From contig JAVRCV020000007.1 of assembly GCA_034530615.2 (NCBI GenBank), positions 1-64,000 on the forward strand: a stretch of 64,000 nucleotides of DNA, given 5' to 3'. Position 1 is the stretch's first letter, and each line of letters begins with the position of its first letter. Both the position numbers and the translations under genes were made by a program. Below are positions 30,436 through 42,098 of the stretch, one piece after another. Source of the stretch: Aulosira sp. ZfuVER01 (GTDB taxonomy: Bacteria > Cyanobacteriota > Cyanobacteriia > Cyanobacteriales > Nostocaceae). The notes beneath the pieces were generated by a model that was given only the letters and a program-made list of their open reading frames with translations, was not told the DNA's origin and searched no databases.

Positions 30436-30733
30436 GATGGATTTAATAATTTATTATTTAGGACTAGACAATTTAAAGTAACCGAGCGCAAAATAAACCT
30501 AGAAGTCTAGAATAAGTAATATTTCTGAGCTAAAGGTCAAAATCTTATTTTTTTGACAATTAATTTGGATTTTAATCATTAGCTAATACCATTTATTAAT
30601 TGCGAAGTATCACCTAATACATTACCTCTAGTTGAGAATTTTAGGTTCTCATGACTAACTAGTAGCCATAATATTCTCTGAGGCGATAAAATTGAGCTTT
30701 TTATGCCTTACCTATATAAATTCGGGAGATTAT

Positions 30734-32956
30734 ATGAACTTTAGATTAATCCCAAAATTCGGCAGAATCTGCCATAAAATTGACCAATTGTTCAAGAAAA
30801 TGTTTCGGCAGCAAAGTTTTAATCAGAGAAAGTTTGTCACATTTTTACTTTGTTTGACAATCGGAATAATTGTTAGTTCTACTGCCCTCACAACACGCTG
30901 GACTGTCAGTGGAACGCCCACAAATACGTACAAAACATCTTGGATTGGTAATACTTTTGGTGGTGGCAAAGATTGGGTACAAAACAACATAGAAGGAATG
31001 TATGTTGCTGCCAATGGCACAGTCTATACCAATAGTATTTGGGATGAAGCAGGTAGGGAAGCCGGAATCTATAAAGATGGCAAAATTGTTGGTATGGCTG
31101 ATGATACTCACGGATGGAGTCGTACAGGTGGCAAAGCCGTAACAGTAGATAGTAAATATATTTACTTAGCCATAACTCAAGGATCGATTGGCAAAACCGA
31201 GAAAGATTATCCGCCAGATGGAACAACTTGGTACTGTGTGAGACGCTATGACTTATCTGGAAAACCTGTGCCGTTTGCTGGCGGACGTGGTTGGGATAAA
31301 AGTATGCTAATTGCTAGCACCAAAAGTGAAGTTACAGGATTAGCAACTGCAAACAAAGAATTATATATAAGTGATTCGGCTGCTAACCGCATTCGCGTTT
31401 ATAGTACCGAAACAATGCAAGAACTACGCAGTTTTAGCTTTACCAATCCAGGCGCAATAACTGTCGATCGCAAAGGTAATCTGTGGATTATTCAAAGTAA
31501 ACAAGGTAGTAATCCAGCCAAAATTCTGTATTATTCTCAAACTGGAAAGCAATTACCTCAAGAGATTACTCAAGTTGTCGAACCAAGTGCGATCGCCATC
31601 GATCCTCAAGGTAGGCTTTTAGTGGCAGAAAACGGGCCGCTTCAGCAAGTATTGATTTATAACGTTACAGAAAAGCCAGTGCAGGTTGGGACTTTCGGCA
31701 CTCAAGGCGGTGTTTATGCTGGTAATCCTGGAGAAGTTCAAGATTTGAAATTTTACGGAATTACAGGAGTAGGGGCAGATGCCGCAGGTAATATTTATGT
31801 AAATAGTAATGGTTTCAACAGATCGGGAACCGATTTAAGGAAGTTTTCACCATCAGGAACAAAACTCTGGCAATTATTGGGATTGCTATTTGTCGATAAT
31901 GCAGATGCAGATCCGCAAACTGATGGAGTTGATGTCTTCACCAAGCAAGAACACTTTGTGATGGACTACAGCCAGCCATCTGGGAAGCAATGGATTTATA
32001 AGAATTACACTCTCAATCCTTTCAAATACCCTCAAGATCCACGTCTGCATACATCCCCAGATGCTACCTTTGTCCGCCGCATCCAAGGTAAGCCATATTT
32101 GTTCATCACAAATATGTACAGCAGCTTTCTGCAAATTTATCGTTTTGATGCAGACAACAAAAGTAAAATAGCCATCCCATCGGGAATGTTTGTTGGTACT
32201 AATGCTGAAGGTAAACCATCAATCTCTGGTAACTGGCCGCCAAATCAACCAGAAAAAGGCGAATGGATTTGGCGCGATCGCAATGGTAATGGTGCGTTCG
32301 ATCAGGGTGAGTACGACAAGAGCGAAGATTATCCCTACTTGGGAGGCTGGTGGGTAGACAGTAAAGGAGATGTCTGGAAAACCTTGCGCACTCAAGATAA
32401 AATTGGTATCCGCCACTATCCGCTACAGGGACTAGATACTCATGGTAATCCCATTTATGGGTATAGTTCCATGAAAAAGCAAAAGACGCCGAGTATGTTT
32501 ACCGATTTGCGGCGGATTGAGTATTTCCCGGAAACAGATACCATGTATTTGTCAGGCTTTACAGTAGACAACCCGGCGAAAGGTGATGATACTGGCGTTG
32601 TCGGATCTGAAATTATCCGGTTTGATAATTGGAGTCGAGAAAATCCTACTCCCCGTTGGCGCATCGTAGTTCCTCACGACATCACAGGGAAGCGCGAAGT
32701 CTCTACCGCCGCCATGAGTGTAGCAGGAGACTATGTATTTACCGTCACATTTAAAACAGCAGAAGTACACGTTTACAACGCCGCAACGGGAGTGCAAGTA
32801 CAACATTTCAAACCCGGCCCAGAAGTTGCAGGTGAAAGTGGTTGGATTGATATACCTCATGGTATTCGTGCTTTTCGCCGTTCCAATGGTGAGTATTTAG
32901 TATTCGTTGAAGAAGATTGGAAAGGAAAAGTAATTATCTATCAACTCAAAAGATAA
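30734..32956 (+). CDS. Exported NHL-repeat/beta-propeller protein
   Basis: N-terminal TM/signal; repeats such as PGAITVDRKGNLWI, PSAIAIDPQGRLLVAE, GVGADAAGNIYV; GGGAGA before ATG 30734 (ORF from 30692). Confidence 0.75.
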   Translation: MNFRLIPKFGRICHKIDQLFKKMFRQQSFNQRKFVTFLLCLTIGIIVSSTALTTRWTVSGTPTNTYKTSWIGNTFGGGKDWVQNNIEGMYVAANGTVYTNSIWDEAGREAGIYKDGKIVGMADDTHGWSRTGGKAVTVDSKYIYLAITQGSIGKTEKDYPPDGTTWYCVRRYDLSGKPVPFAGGRGWDKSMLIASTKSEVTGLATANKELYISDSAANRIRVYSTETMQELRSFSFTNPGAITVDRKGNLWIIQSKQGSNPAKILYYSQTGKQLPQEITQVVEPSAIAIDPQGRLLVAENGPLQQVLIYNVTEKPVQVGTFGTQGGVYAGNPGEVQDLKFYGITGVGADAAGNIYVNSNGFNRSGTDLRKFSPSGTKLWQLLGLLFVDNADADPQTDGVDVFTKQEHFVMDYSQPSGKQWIYKNYTLNPFKYPQDPRLHTSPDATFVRRIQGKPYLFITNMYSSFLQIYRFDADNKSKIAIPSGMFVGTNAEGKPSISGNWPPNQPEKGEWIWRDRNGNGAFDQGEYDKSEDYPYLGGWWVDSKGDVWKTLRTQDKIGIRHYPLQGLDTHGNPIYGYSSMKKQKTPSMFTDLRRIEYFPETDTMYLSGFTVDNPAKGDDTGVVGSEIIRFDNWSRENPTPRWRIVVPHDITGKREVSTAAMSVAGDYVFTVTFKTAEVHVYNAATGVQVQHFKPGPEVAGESGWIDIPHGIRAFRRSNGEYLVFVEEDWKGKVIIYQLKR

Positions 32957-33443
32957 TCGCAGTTTTCGCCCATTTATTAAAACCCCGACTTCTTAAAGAA
33001 GTAGGGGTTATTTAAACAGCAAAATTGTACAAAATTACCCAGTATTTGTTTATTTTTAATTACATTTCTACGCCTATGTTTATATTTGGCTTTTGCATGA
33101 CTTTAAAAATATCAATGTAAGTAGAATATAAACATTATTAGCGCAAATTAAAATGAAGTTATTTTTGTATTTTAATGTAAATTCAAGTTTGATGATTGTC
33201 ATTTATTATTGTTATTCATTTTACTAAAACTTTATATTTTTCTTGTAAAGAATCAACCACTTTTACACAAAAAATAAATATTATTGATGACAACTCCTAG
33301 TAATTAAATTATGATTTTATAACAACAAAAACAAATTTTGAGGAGTAAATAATTTCTCATAAATTCAAGAGCATTTTGCCAAGATTAACCAAATATCCGA
33401 ACTGAAATTATGAACTATCAAAGCCTAAATCAAGCGAATAGTT

Positions 33444-34229
33444 ATGAATATAAAAATTTATTTACAGCGGTTACAAAAACTAATTCCCCATACTTGGCTT
33501 GAGCAGATACAATATCTGCACTCTAGCTTACTCTTGCGATGGATCGTGCAGAATAGAAGCCAGCCATTAACATTAAATCACAAATCAGCAATGGTGTTTT
33601 CTCCTCACCAAGATGATGAAACATTTGGTTGTGGCGGGATGATTGCTCTGAAACGAGAACATGGTGTATCTGTAGTAGTAGCTTTTCTCACTGATGGACA
33701 GGGAGCGGGTAGTTCTCAGGCCAATTCTCAAACTAAAATTACTCATATTCGTAAACAAGAAGCAGAAAGTGCATTAGGAATTTTAGGAGTAAATCCATCA
33801 GAAATATATTTTTTGGAAAAACCAGATGGCACTTTACCTCATTTAAATGAGGAAGAAAGACAAGAGACTATTAAACAGTTAGCTGAATTGTTAAAGCATT
33901 ACAAACCAGAGGAAGTATACGTACCTCATCGTAAAGACTGCCATCGAGATCATGAAGCCACTTATCAATTAGTGAAATCTGCGATCGCTCAAGCAGGAAT
34001 TACAGTTGAATTGTTACAATATCCTATTTGGTTGTTCTGGAGAGCGCCATTATTTATTCTGCTGAAATTGCCGGATATAGCCGCAGCTTACTATCTCTCA
34101 ATCGCATCAGTTCAAGACAAAAAAAATAGAGCAATTTCTTCATATTGTTCTCAAATACATAGCCTACCTCGTGGCTTTATGCAGCGATTTTCTGGATCGC
34201 CTGAAATATTTTTTAAATCTGAGCCCTAA
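33444..34229 (+). CDS. PIG-L/LmbE family deacetylase
   Basis: SPHQDDE, LTDG, RKQEA..AL..LG, DCHRDH. Confidence 0.9.
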   Translation: MNIKIYLQRLQKLIPHTWLEQIQYLHSSLLLRWIVQNRSQPLTLNHKSAMVFSPHQDDETFGCGGMIALKREHGVSVVVAFLTDGQGAGSSQANSQTKITHIRKQEAESALGILGVNPSEIYFLEKPDGTLPHLNEEERQETIKQLAELLKHYKPEEVYVPHRKDCHRDHEATYQLVKSAIAQAGITVELLQYPIWLFWRAPLFILLKLPDIAAAYYLSIASVQDKKNRAISSYCSQIHSLPRGFMQRFSGSPEIFFKSEP

Positions 34230-34383
34230 TATTTGGGTATCAGCATAGTTTTTGACTAAATACCACCCTCTTCATCTGGGTAGCAAACAGACAAGGCATA
34301 GAAGACTATTTTCTTCTTTGTGCCTTAGTGTCTCTGTGGTTCTAAATAATTTCTAATACTTTTTATCTGTGGAGTAAATTTAA

Positions 34384-35493
34384 ATGCGGATACTACACCT
34401 CACCAATCATGTACAACAAATTGGTAACGGAATTGTAAATGTGGCAGTAGACCTAGCTTGTTTGCAAGCAGACAATGGTCATTATGTTGCCGTAGCCTCA
34501 GCTGGTGGAGAATACGAAGCATTACTTGCACGTCATGACGTTCAACACTTTCACCTCGATCAGTCGAGAACACCAGTAAATGCGATCAAAGCTACTTGGC
34601 GTTATCGAGAGATTATCCAAGAGTTTCAGCCAGATATTGTTCATGCACACATGATGACGGGGGTTATGCTAGCAGGACTTTTGAGAAACGGTAGTGAATA
34701 TAGTTTAGTTTCTACCGTACACAATGAGTTTCAGCGTAGTGCTGTACTAATGGGATTGGCAGATCGAGTCATTGCAGTTAGTAATGCCGTAGCCGATTCA
34801 ATGGTTCGACGTGGTATACCTAAGAGTAAGTTACGGGTGGTATCTAACGGTACATTAAATAGCCCCCGCAATCGTAGCATTAAAGATTACCAACCATTGC
34901 CTTTGTGCCACCCAGCAATTACTACAGTAGCCGGGATGTATACCCGCAAAGGCATTGTTGAATTAATAGAAGCATTTGTCAAAATTGCTACAGACTTTCC
35001 GCAAGCACATTTATATTTAGTCGGAAACGGCCCCGATCGCGCAATGTTTGAGACGATGGTGCAAAATACACCTTTTGCAGACCGGATTCATTTTGAAGGC
35101 TTTCAGGCAGAACCACAACGCTATATGCTCTCAAGTGATATCTTCGTTCTCGCTTCTCACTGCGAATCTTTCGGATTAGTGCTAACAGAAGCGCGGGAAG
35201 CAGGTTGTGCAATTATTGCTAGCGATGTCGATGGGATTCCAGAGACTTTAGATCGGGGACAAGCTGGTTTATTAGTACCACCAAAAGATAGTCAGACGTT
35301 AGCGAATGCTTTAGGACATTTGCTCAACGATCCGCAACAACTACAAAAGTTGAAATATCAAGCCAAACAAAACCTAGAACGGTTCAGCGCCACGCGGGTT
35401 AACGAAGAAACGCTAAGTGTCTATTATGAATTAATCGATAACTACAGTGTGTTTAATGTACTAAGAACGGAAGAACTTGCAGTGAGTAAATAA
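34384..35493 (+). CDS. Glycosyltransferase family 4
   Basis: PDIVHAH, RKG, ESFGLVLTEAR, DVDGIPE. Confidence 0.92.
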   Translation: MRILHLTNHVQQIGNGIVNVAVDLACLQADNGHYVAVASAGGEYEALLARHDVQHFHLDQSRTPVNAIKATWRYREIIQEFQPDIVHAHMMTGVMLAGLLRNGSEYSLVSTVHNEFQRSAVLMGLADRVIAVSNAVADSMVRRGIPKSKLRVVSNGTLNSPRNRSIKDYQPLPLCHPAITTVAGMYTRKGIVELIEAFVKIATDFPQAHLYLVGNGPDRAMFETMVQNTPFADRIHFEGFQAEPQRYMLSSDIFVLASHCESFGLVLTEAREAGCAIIASDVDGIPETLDRGQAGLLVPPKDSQTLANALGHLLNDPQQLQKLKYQAKQNLERFSATRVNEETLSVYYELIDNYSVFNVLRTEELAVSK

Positions 35494-35537
35494 ATTTCTA
35501 CATTAACATTTGGGAACTCAAACAAAAGTTATCTTCA

Positions 35538-35789
35538 TTACGAGTTATCACCCCGACGGCTAGCAATTTCTTTCTCTATCTCCTCCTGATTTAACAATGG
35601 CCCACCCGCAGTAACAATTTTGTCCCGGAGAGAACGCAAACGCTCACCAAGCTGGCTTTTAGCAGTACGGGTTAACAATTGCAGGTCTACCGTTTTCAGG
35701 TGGAGAAATTCTACAAATTCTAAAACCTGCTGCTGTTTATCTGGCGACAGGAGCCGCCACTTTTCTAATAAATCTTGTTCTGGAATCAT
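35538..35789 (-). CDS. Small DUF2281-like protein (antitoxin-like, orphan)
   Basis: LSPDKQQQVLEFVEFL motif; C-terminal EIEKEIASRRG. Confidence 0.65.
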   Translation of the reverse strand: MIPEQDLLEKWRLLSPDKQQQVLEFVEFLHLKTVDLQLLTRTAKSQLGERLRSLRDKIVTAGGPLLNQEEIEKEIASRRGDNS

Positions 35790-35857
35790 TGATAATTGAC
35801 CCGATCAACTTCTGGATTCAAAGTATCTAAATCTATTGTCTGCTAATTTTTTATTGC

Positions 35858-38467
35858 TTATAACCAATTACCTACCAGAACAAAAGCAGCCCAAAAATAG
35901 GGATGTTGGTATTCAGGATTTGCCATAATTTTGAGTTGCGCCTGTCGTAATATCTCAGCTTTGCTAAGTTTAGGGTTGTTTAACTGCTGATAAAATTCTT
36001 TCATTAAGTTGGCGGTTGATTCGTCGTTGACTGACCACAGGCTAGCAATAGTACTCTTGGCTCCAGAACGCAAAGCAAACCCAGCTAATCCCAAAGTAGC
36101 GCGATTATCACCCGCTGCTGTTTGACAGGCACTCATCACTAATAGTTCAATTGGTTCTAAGATTCCCAGCCTTCTTTTTTGGAATAATCGATCAAAATCT
36201 AGAAAAGAAATGCGATCGCTCCATGTCAGCAAGAAAGTTTCCTCTGGATTAGAACTAAATTGACCGTGAGTCGCCAGGTGAACTATGGGGAATGGTTGAT
36301 TTTCCAGGGCTTTTTTCAAACTATCGCGAGTAAATTGGGCATTGAGCAAGATTTTTGATGCAACTTTCGTCGTTACTTCTTTAATTTCTCCGCTAACAGC
36401 AGGTAGAGAACTGAAGCCTTGACGTGCTTCTGCAAGTCCAGCTGCTAACACACCTAGTTTTTGACGTTGGAGTCCTTGGGGAAATAACTGTAAGCCTGGA
36501 CTGAGGGCAACACTATATTTTTCTATCAAATAGCGATCGCCATCGTGAAGCGCTGCCATTGGCAAGTTGCGCAAAAAACCGTCTAAGATAAATACTAAAG
36601 TCTTGACATTACTACTTTTAAGTCTCTCTTCCGCAGGTGCAATCAGCCATTTATAAACTTTTTGAGACAGTCGGAAACTCTCTTCGCGGATATAACCACG
36701 GGACATATAAGAATAAAGGTGCTTGAGGGTATTTTCAATTTGTTTTTTTGACAGTTGGGTGCTGTAGTGGTGCAAGGGTTGATTGGGAATAGACAGGATA
36801 ACTTCCAGGCGATCGCTGAGAATAATCGGGTAGATAACAGCAGCTTGCACGTCGATTTTATCGATAGCGACAGGATGGGTATCCACACAAGCATCCTTAA
36901 AATAATTATCTAATTCCGCTAGTTGTAGGTCTTCTATTACTAGACGCGCTTGTTTGAGGTTGCTTTGATCGTCACCTTTTTGTAGCAACAGGCTGACATA
37001 ATCTCGATAGATAGGTTCAATACTTTCTCTAAAATCAAACTGAACATCGGGATTAATGGCGACTAGATCGCTGCGTAGGAATTGTAAGTGATTAAAAGCA
37101 ATCTCATAAGCTGCGATCGCACTCTTAATATCTCCTTGTTGTTTAGCTATTGTGCCCGACTGTGCCGCAGTCCGAGCCACCAAATCAGCCGCATCCATTT
37201 CTTGGGCAATTTTTTGTGCCTGTTTTGTTAGTCTTTCGGCATCTGTTAACTGGCCGTTTTGTTGATAGAGTTTACCTAATTGTTGCAGAGAGTAAGCCTC
37301 GGCTCTGAAATCTTTGATTTCTCTAGCTTGTTCGATAGCTTTTGCTAACAATTGGGCAGTTTGAGCAGCATTAGAATTCTCTTTTGCACGCTCGATTGCC
37401 ATCAAACTTTCTGCAAAATTTATTCTGGCATAAATCGCAGGGCGGCTAGGAGAAAGTGAGTCTATATTAGTTGCAATTGCTGGAATTAAAGCTTTTGCCG
37501 CTTCCCATCTTTGCAGTTTTACTAACAAGCTAAACTGATTTAATTGGGCTACTAATTTAGCTTGTATTTCTGGAGATAAATTAATTGCTTCTTGGTAGTC
37601 TATTAAAGCAACATCATATTTATGTAAATCTTTAGCAACATTACCACGACTGAACAAAACTCCACTCACATCAGCTGGAGAGTTAAATTGTTTACTAATT
37701 GCCAAACTTTTCTCTAGAGTTGTATTTGATTGTCGCAAATCGCCAATAGTTTGCAGCGCTACTCCTAAACTTCTGAATCCTTGAGCTTTCAGCAGGCTAT
37801 CAGGTTGATTTTGCAGTTCTGCAACCAGTGCTTCTAATAGGGTTTTGGCGCGACGATATTGCCCTAAAGTTTGCAAACCCTGTGCCTGATTAATTTGACT
37901 GATGAGTTTGCCTGTTTTATCTCCAGTGCGATCGTAGATTTCTGCTGCTTGCTTCCAGGTATCGATAGCAGTTTCGGTTTGTCCTTGCAGTAGTTGGATT
38001 GTGCCTTGGGTATTTAATGCTTGAGCTAATAGTAAGTTAATCTGCTTATCCGGTTTGTTAAAGCTTTTTAATAAATTCAGACTTTCTGCAATTGTAGTTT
38101 GGGATTGTTGCGTTTTTCCTAAATCTTTATATACCGAAGCTAAATAATTCAATGCTTGAATTTGTCTAACAATTTCTTTTTGCTCTTGATAAGAATTTAA
38201 AGCATTCTCCCATACCTTAGCTGCTTCTGTATATTGACCATTTTGATAGTAATTTTTCCCTTGTTGTAATAAATCTGAAGTATTAGATAATTCTTCTGCT
38301 ATGCGATACGGCTCTGGTAATTTTGATGGAATTGCCACAGCAGTAATACTTTTATTGACTAATAATATAGTCAACATCAAGCTTGTTAAAAACAATATTA
38401 CAAGCCAGATATTTCTTTTTAGAATTAACCAAAAATATCGTAACATTGGTTTTTTATAAACTTTCAA
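35858..38467 (-). CDS. TPR-CHAT (caspase-like) domain protein with N-terminal TM/signal
   Basis: TPR repeats; LRNLPMAAL, VHLATHG, VMSACQTA, ASLWSVND, HPYFWAAF; ATG alternative at 38446. Confidence 0.92.
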   Translation of the reverse strand: MKVYKKPMLRYFWLILKRNIWLVILFLTSLMLTILLVNKSITAVAIPSKLPEPYRIAEELSNTSDLLQQGKNYYQNGQYTEAAKVWENALNSYQEQKEIVRQIQALNYLASVYKDLGKTQQSQTTIAESLNLLKSFNKPDKQINLLLAQALNTQGTIQLLQGQTETAIDTWKQAAEIYDRTGDKTGKLISQINQAQGLQTLGQYRRAKTLLEALVAELQNQPDSLLKAQGFRSLGVALQTIGDLRQSNTTLEKSLAISKQFNSPADVSGVLFSRGNVAKDLHKYDVALIDYQEAINLSPEIQAKLVAQLNQFSLLVKLQRWEAAKALIPAIATNIDSLSPSRPAIYARINFAESLMAIERAKENSNAAQTAQLLAKAIEQAREIKDFRAEAYSLQQLGKLYQQNGQLTDAERLTKQAQKIAQEMDAADLVARTAAQSGTIAKQQGDIKSAIAAYEIAFNHLQFLRSDLVAINPDVQFDFRESIEPIYRDYVSLLLQKGDDQSNLKQARLVIEDLQLAELDNYFKDACVDTHPVAIDKIDVQAAVIYPIILSDRLEVILSIPNQPLHHYSTQLSKKQIENTLKHLYSYMSRGYIREESFRLSQKVYKWLIAPAEERLKSSNVKTLVFILDGFLRNLPMAALHDGDRYLIEKYSVALSPGLQLFPQGLQRQKLGVLAAGLAEARQGFSSLPAVSGEIKEVTTKVASKILLNAQFTRDSLKKALENQPFPIVHLATHGQFSSNPEETFLLTWSDRISFLDFDRLFQKRRLGILEPIELLVMSACQTAAGDNRATLGLAGFALRSGAKSTIASLWSVNDESTANLMKEFYQQLNNPKLSKAEILRQAQLKIMANPEYQHPYFWAAFVLVGNWL

Positions 38468-38561
38468 TTTGTTATTTTTGTTTCTTTTATGACTGACACA
38501 AGGTACAAATTTATCGTGGTTGTCAATACCTGCACTGTAGGAGTTTAGCGATGCGAACCCC

Positions 38562-41500
38562 CTACGATAGATGTGTTTTTTTATAATTTGATAAACTGTG
38601 ACAATTCGGATATTTATTTATTTCTGGAGGTGCCGATGCTACTAATTCCACTTCTCCTTTTGCATTAATTATCCAATTTGTTGCTGCCACAATTAACTGT
38701 CTTGTTGGCGGCAAAGAATTATTTGCTTGATTGCGACTTTGGGTAGTTGTAAAATCTCGCATATCAGACAACAAAGTTTGACTGCGAATAGTTGCCGTTG
38801 GATCTGCTGGTAATCCACCTCTTCCCGTGATGGTGAATGAATTACCTTCAGTTGCGGCACAACTAGCAATTATGCGATCGCGCGGATCGTTTGGTTTTTC
38901 TGGTAATGCCACCAATTCCGCACTGCGATTCCCCTCTGGATTATTAATCGATACAGTTCCCGCAACGCCGAACTGAGAACTGGCAGTAATATCGCTCCCA
39001 GAGGTAATTTGCTGTTGAGATGCGATACCAAAAAGACCTGTGGCTGTAATATCAACATTGCCACCACGACCGAAGAAAGCGTTGGCTGTGATATCACTAT
39101 TTTCTGCTGGCACGGTGACAATAAAATTCGTGTCTATTTTAATGTTGCCACCATCACCACCTGCACCAGCATTCCCCGCCGTTGTGGAAATGCGACTTCC
39201 CCGGCGTAACAATAAAAAATCTGGTAAATTCAGAGCAATATTACCGCCATTGGTGCTGGCTGTCTCCGCAGAAATTAAAGCTTGATTGTCGAGGGTTAAT
39301 TGGTTTGCTTGAATCTCGATATTGCCACCAATCCCGGCACCTTGGCTATCAACTGCAATAGCTGCACCATCCCTGATTTCTACAAGTTCGGGATCGATGA
39401 AGATATTGCCACCATTTCCAGTAGAACCCGGAGTGGTATTGGAAAATAGGCCTGTGTTTGTACCGGAGAGGAAAACTCTATCCTTGGCTTGAACTACTAT
39501 ATTGCCTGCATCGCCTTTACCTTCAGTCAATGCTTCTAACTCTGCGCCATTGGTGACAGATAAAAAGGGTGTGGTAATTTGCAGTGTTCCGCCTTTTCCT
39601 GTTGCACCCTCTAAGGTGCTGACAAAAGCACCGCTAGGCTTAAAAGGTTGACCAGGATTACCATCGAAAGCAACTGATTCGCTAGCATTGATAAAAATAT
39701 TACCTGCATCACCGGGAGCAATCGTACTAGCACTAATACCCGCACCATTTTTCACCGAAAGTTCGCTAGTCTTGATGTCAATTACATTACCTTGACCTTG
39801 GGAACCTGGTAAAACTTCACTAATAATGCCGCTAGGAATGACTACGGGTTGAGGAAGATTTGGGTTTGAGAATAAAATTGCCCCATCGATGACAATGGAT
39901 TTTGCTGCTTCTATTTCAATTCTGCCTGCATTCCCACGCCCGACAGTCGTGGCTCGAATTTGCCCTCCCTGTTGCAGAGATAGGGAGCCAGTTTTAATTT
40001 TAATAATGCCGCCATTGCCTTGAGCGCTAGGAAAAACAATGCTACTAAAACCACTAAAAGCGCCAATATCAGAGGTTCCAGAAAGGGCGATCGCATCTGT
40101 AGCATTAACTGTAATATTACCAGCGTTGCCTACACCTTCTGTTTGCGAAAATACCTGACCACCATTGGTTGCTACAAAGTTCTTCGTATTAATCTCGACA
40201 TCGCCAGCTTTACCCCCATCTGCGCTTAAGGTTTGACTTCCTAACCTGGAGTTATTTAAAGAAATGGCATCAGCATTAACAATGACGTTACCAGCATCAC
40301 CACCACGAGTCAGATTTGATAATTCTGCTTGGTTTGCTTCTAAGGAATTAGCGTTAATAATTAGCTTCCCGCCTGGGCCTGTTGCACCTGTACGCAAATT
40401 ACTTTGTACATAGTTACTCAAAGAAATTAATGGTGCATTCAGCGTCACATCACCACCTTGACCAGAACCATAAGCAGCACTTTCAATATAAGAATCTCCT
40501 AGAGGTGCTGGTTCTTGAATAATCGCTGATTGACTTTTAAAGGTAATGTTTCCTCCAGTTGAACCATAGGAAAAAATTTGCGATCCAGAAGGCATGAAAA
40601 TATCACCTTTAGCTAACAGTGTGATATTTCCACCAGGATTGGAAAACAAGAAATTAGAGAAATCAATTCCTGAAGCATCAACAAATTTGGGAGTGGTAAT
40701 TTTTCCGCGTGAGTCAATTACAATGTCACCACCGCCAGAAGCACCAGCAAATGTTCCTAGCAGGAATTTAACGGTAATATCACCTGATAAAGCAGTATTG
40801 GGTTGATATTGATTGGTTAAAAAAATCAGCCCTCCTTGATTAATAATTTGATTGATGGTGATATTAGCATTGCTAGGACTGCCATTATTAGGAGGAGAAA
40901 AAACATCTGTATCTCCTGTAATTCCTGCTGGGTTGAAAGCGGTTGTTCCGGCTCTGATATCAACAGTAGGTTTGACACTTCCATTAATCGGAACTTGCGT
41001 TACGCCATCAGCCAGCGTCACTGTTTCATTAATAAAATTAGTCGTATCGGGACTAGTAATAGTTAGATTATCTATTGTGACGCTGCCACCTGCAAAAATA
41101 TGAATGGAGGCTCCTGTATAACTATTAAAACTGACATCTCCACTCGCCCTAATAATTGGGTCATCACTGCTGGCTAAATCTCCGCCATTACCATTTATTT
41201 GTTCCAGGCGAAAGTTACCATTACTAAAAAATTGCGCGTTCCCACCAATAGAATTGGCTGAACGCAACAGCATATTTTCACCAGCAAACAAGCCACTAGC
41301 AGGATGATTTAAAGCAAAGATGTCTATTTTATTGCCTTGGACTAATAGTTGTTTACCAGCAGAGGCGACGAAAGGATTATTGAAGGTATCTCGGATTTTG
41401 ACAGTATCGCTAGCTTGCAAAGTTAAATTATGAGCTGCTTCCAACTGTCCTTGTAAGTCAAGATTTTGACCAACTAAGGTCAAATCTTTCCCTACGGATA

Positions 41501-42068
41501 AGTTACCAGAATTAGCGATGCCACTTTCGGGAGCTAACCAACTATCTAACCCCAGAGGCTGGTTGATAGTTAGTAGAGAAGGCGCTTTTGGGTTTTGGGT
41601 ACTGAATTTTTCACCGTTCTCTAATAACAGGCTGTTGCTGGTGCTGGCGAAAAACGAACCGGAGATATCTAGACGTGCATTTTGACCGAAAATAATCCCA
41701 TTAGGATTTATCAAATAGAGGTTGGCGCTACCTAAAACCCCCAACGTCCCGAAAATCTTAGAGGCTTGATTTCCTGTAACTCGTCCTAAGATATTTTCTA
41801 TTCCAGCAGGATTAGCAAAATAGACTCGTTGCTGATTCCTGACGTTGAAATCTTGGAAACTGTGAAATAGATTACCACCTCGAATCGCCCCACCATCAAT
41901 ACGATTTATCAGATCATCTTGGTGTTGAACATTCGGGGTAACAACCGAGCGTTCAGACCCTAAACTATTGTCAGGGATAATCTGTGCCAATACACCTGTA
42001 GTTAAGCCTAGCGTACAGGCGATCGCTCCACCGCTTGCCAGAATATTGATTAGCTTGTAGTGCACCAT
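38562..42068 (-). CDS. Filamentous haemagglutinin N-terminal (TPS-domain) exoprotein
   Basis: Signal then AQIIPDNSLG, NLFHSFQDFNV, NILGRVTG, NPNGIIFG; many GxAGxIxI beta-helix repeats; C-terminal FTITGRGGLP. Confidence 0.92.
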   Translation of the reverse strand: MVHYKLINILASGGAIACTLGLTTGVLAQIIPDNSLGSERSVVTPNVQHQDDLINRIDGGAIRGGNLFHSFQDFNVRNQQRVYFANPAGIENILGRVTGNQASKIFGTLGVLGSANLYLINPNGIIFGQNARLDISGSFFASTSNSLLLENGEKFSTQNPKAPSLLTINQPLGLDSWLAPESGIANSGNLSVGKDLTLVGQNLDLQGQLEAAHNLTLQASDTVKIRDTFNNPFVASAGKQLLVQGNKIDIFALNHPASGLFAGENMLLRSANSIGGNAQFFSNGNFRLEQINGNGGDLASSDDPIIRASGDVSFNSYTGASIHIFAGGSVTIDNLTITSPDTTNFINETVTLADGVTQVPINGSVKPTVDIRAGTTAFNPAGITGDTDVFSPPNNGSPSNANITINQIINQGGLIFLTNQYQPNTALSGDITVKFLLGTFAGASGGGDIVIDSRGKITTPKFVDASGIDFSNFLFSNPGGNITLLAKGDIFMPSGSQIFSYGSTGGNITFKSQSAIIQEPAPLGDSYIESAAYGSGQGGDVTLNAPLISLSNYVQSNLRTGATGPGGKLIINANSLEANQAELSNLTRGGDAGNVIVNADAISLNNSRLGSQTLSADGGKAGDVEINTKNFVATNGGQVFSQTEGVGNAGNITVNATDAIALSGTSDIGAFSGFSSIVFPSAQGNGGIIKIKTGSLSLQQGGQIRATTVGRGNAGRIEIEAAKSIVIDGAILFSNPNLPQPVVIPSGIISEVLPGSQGQGNVIDIKTSELSVKNGAGISASTIAPGDAGNIFINASESVAFDGNPGQPFKPSGAFVSTLEGATGKGGTLQITTPFLSVTNGAELEALTEGKGDAGNIVVQAKDRVFLSGTNTGLFSNTTPGSTGNGGNIFIDPELVEIRDGAAIAVDSQGAGIGGNIEIQANQLTLDNQALISAETASTNGGNIALNLPDFLLLRRGSRISTTAGNAGAGGDGGNIKIDTNFIVTVPAENSDITANAFFGRGGNVDITATGLFGIASQQQITSGSDITASSQFGVAGTVSINNPEGNRSAELVALPEKPNDPRDRIIASCAATEGNSFTITGRGGLPADPTATIRSQTLLSDMRDFTTTQSRNQANNSLPPTRQLIVAATNWIINAKGEVELVASAPPEINKYPNCHSLSNYKKTHLS

Positions 42069-42098
42069 CTGTTAGTTGCTTCACTGTGGAAAATCGAG

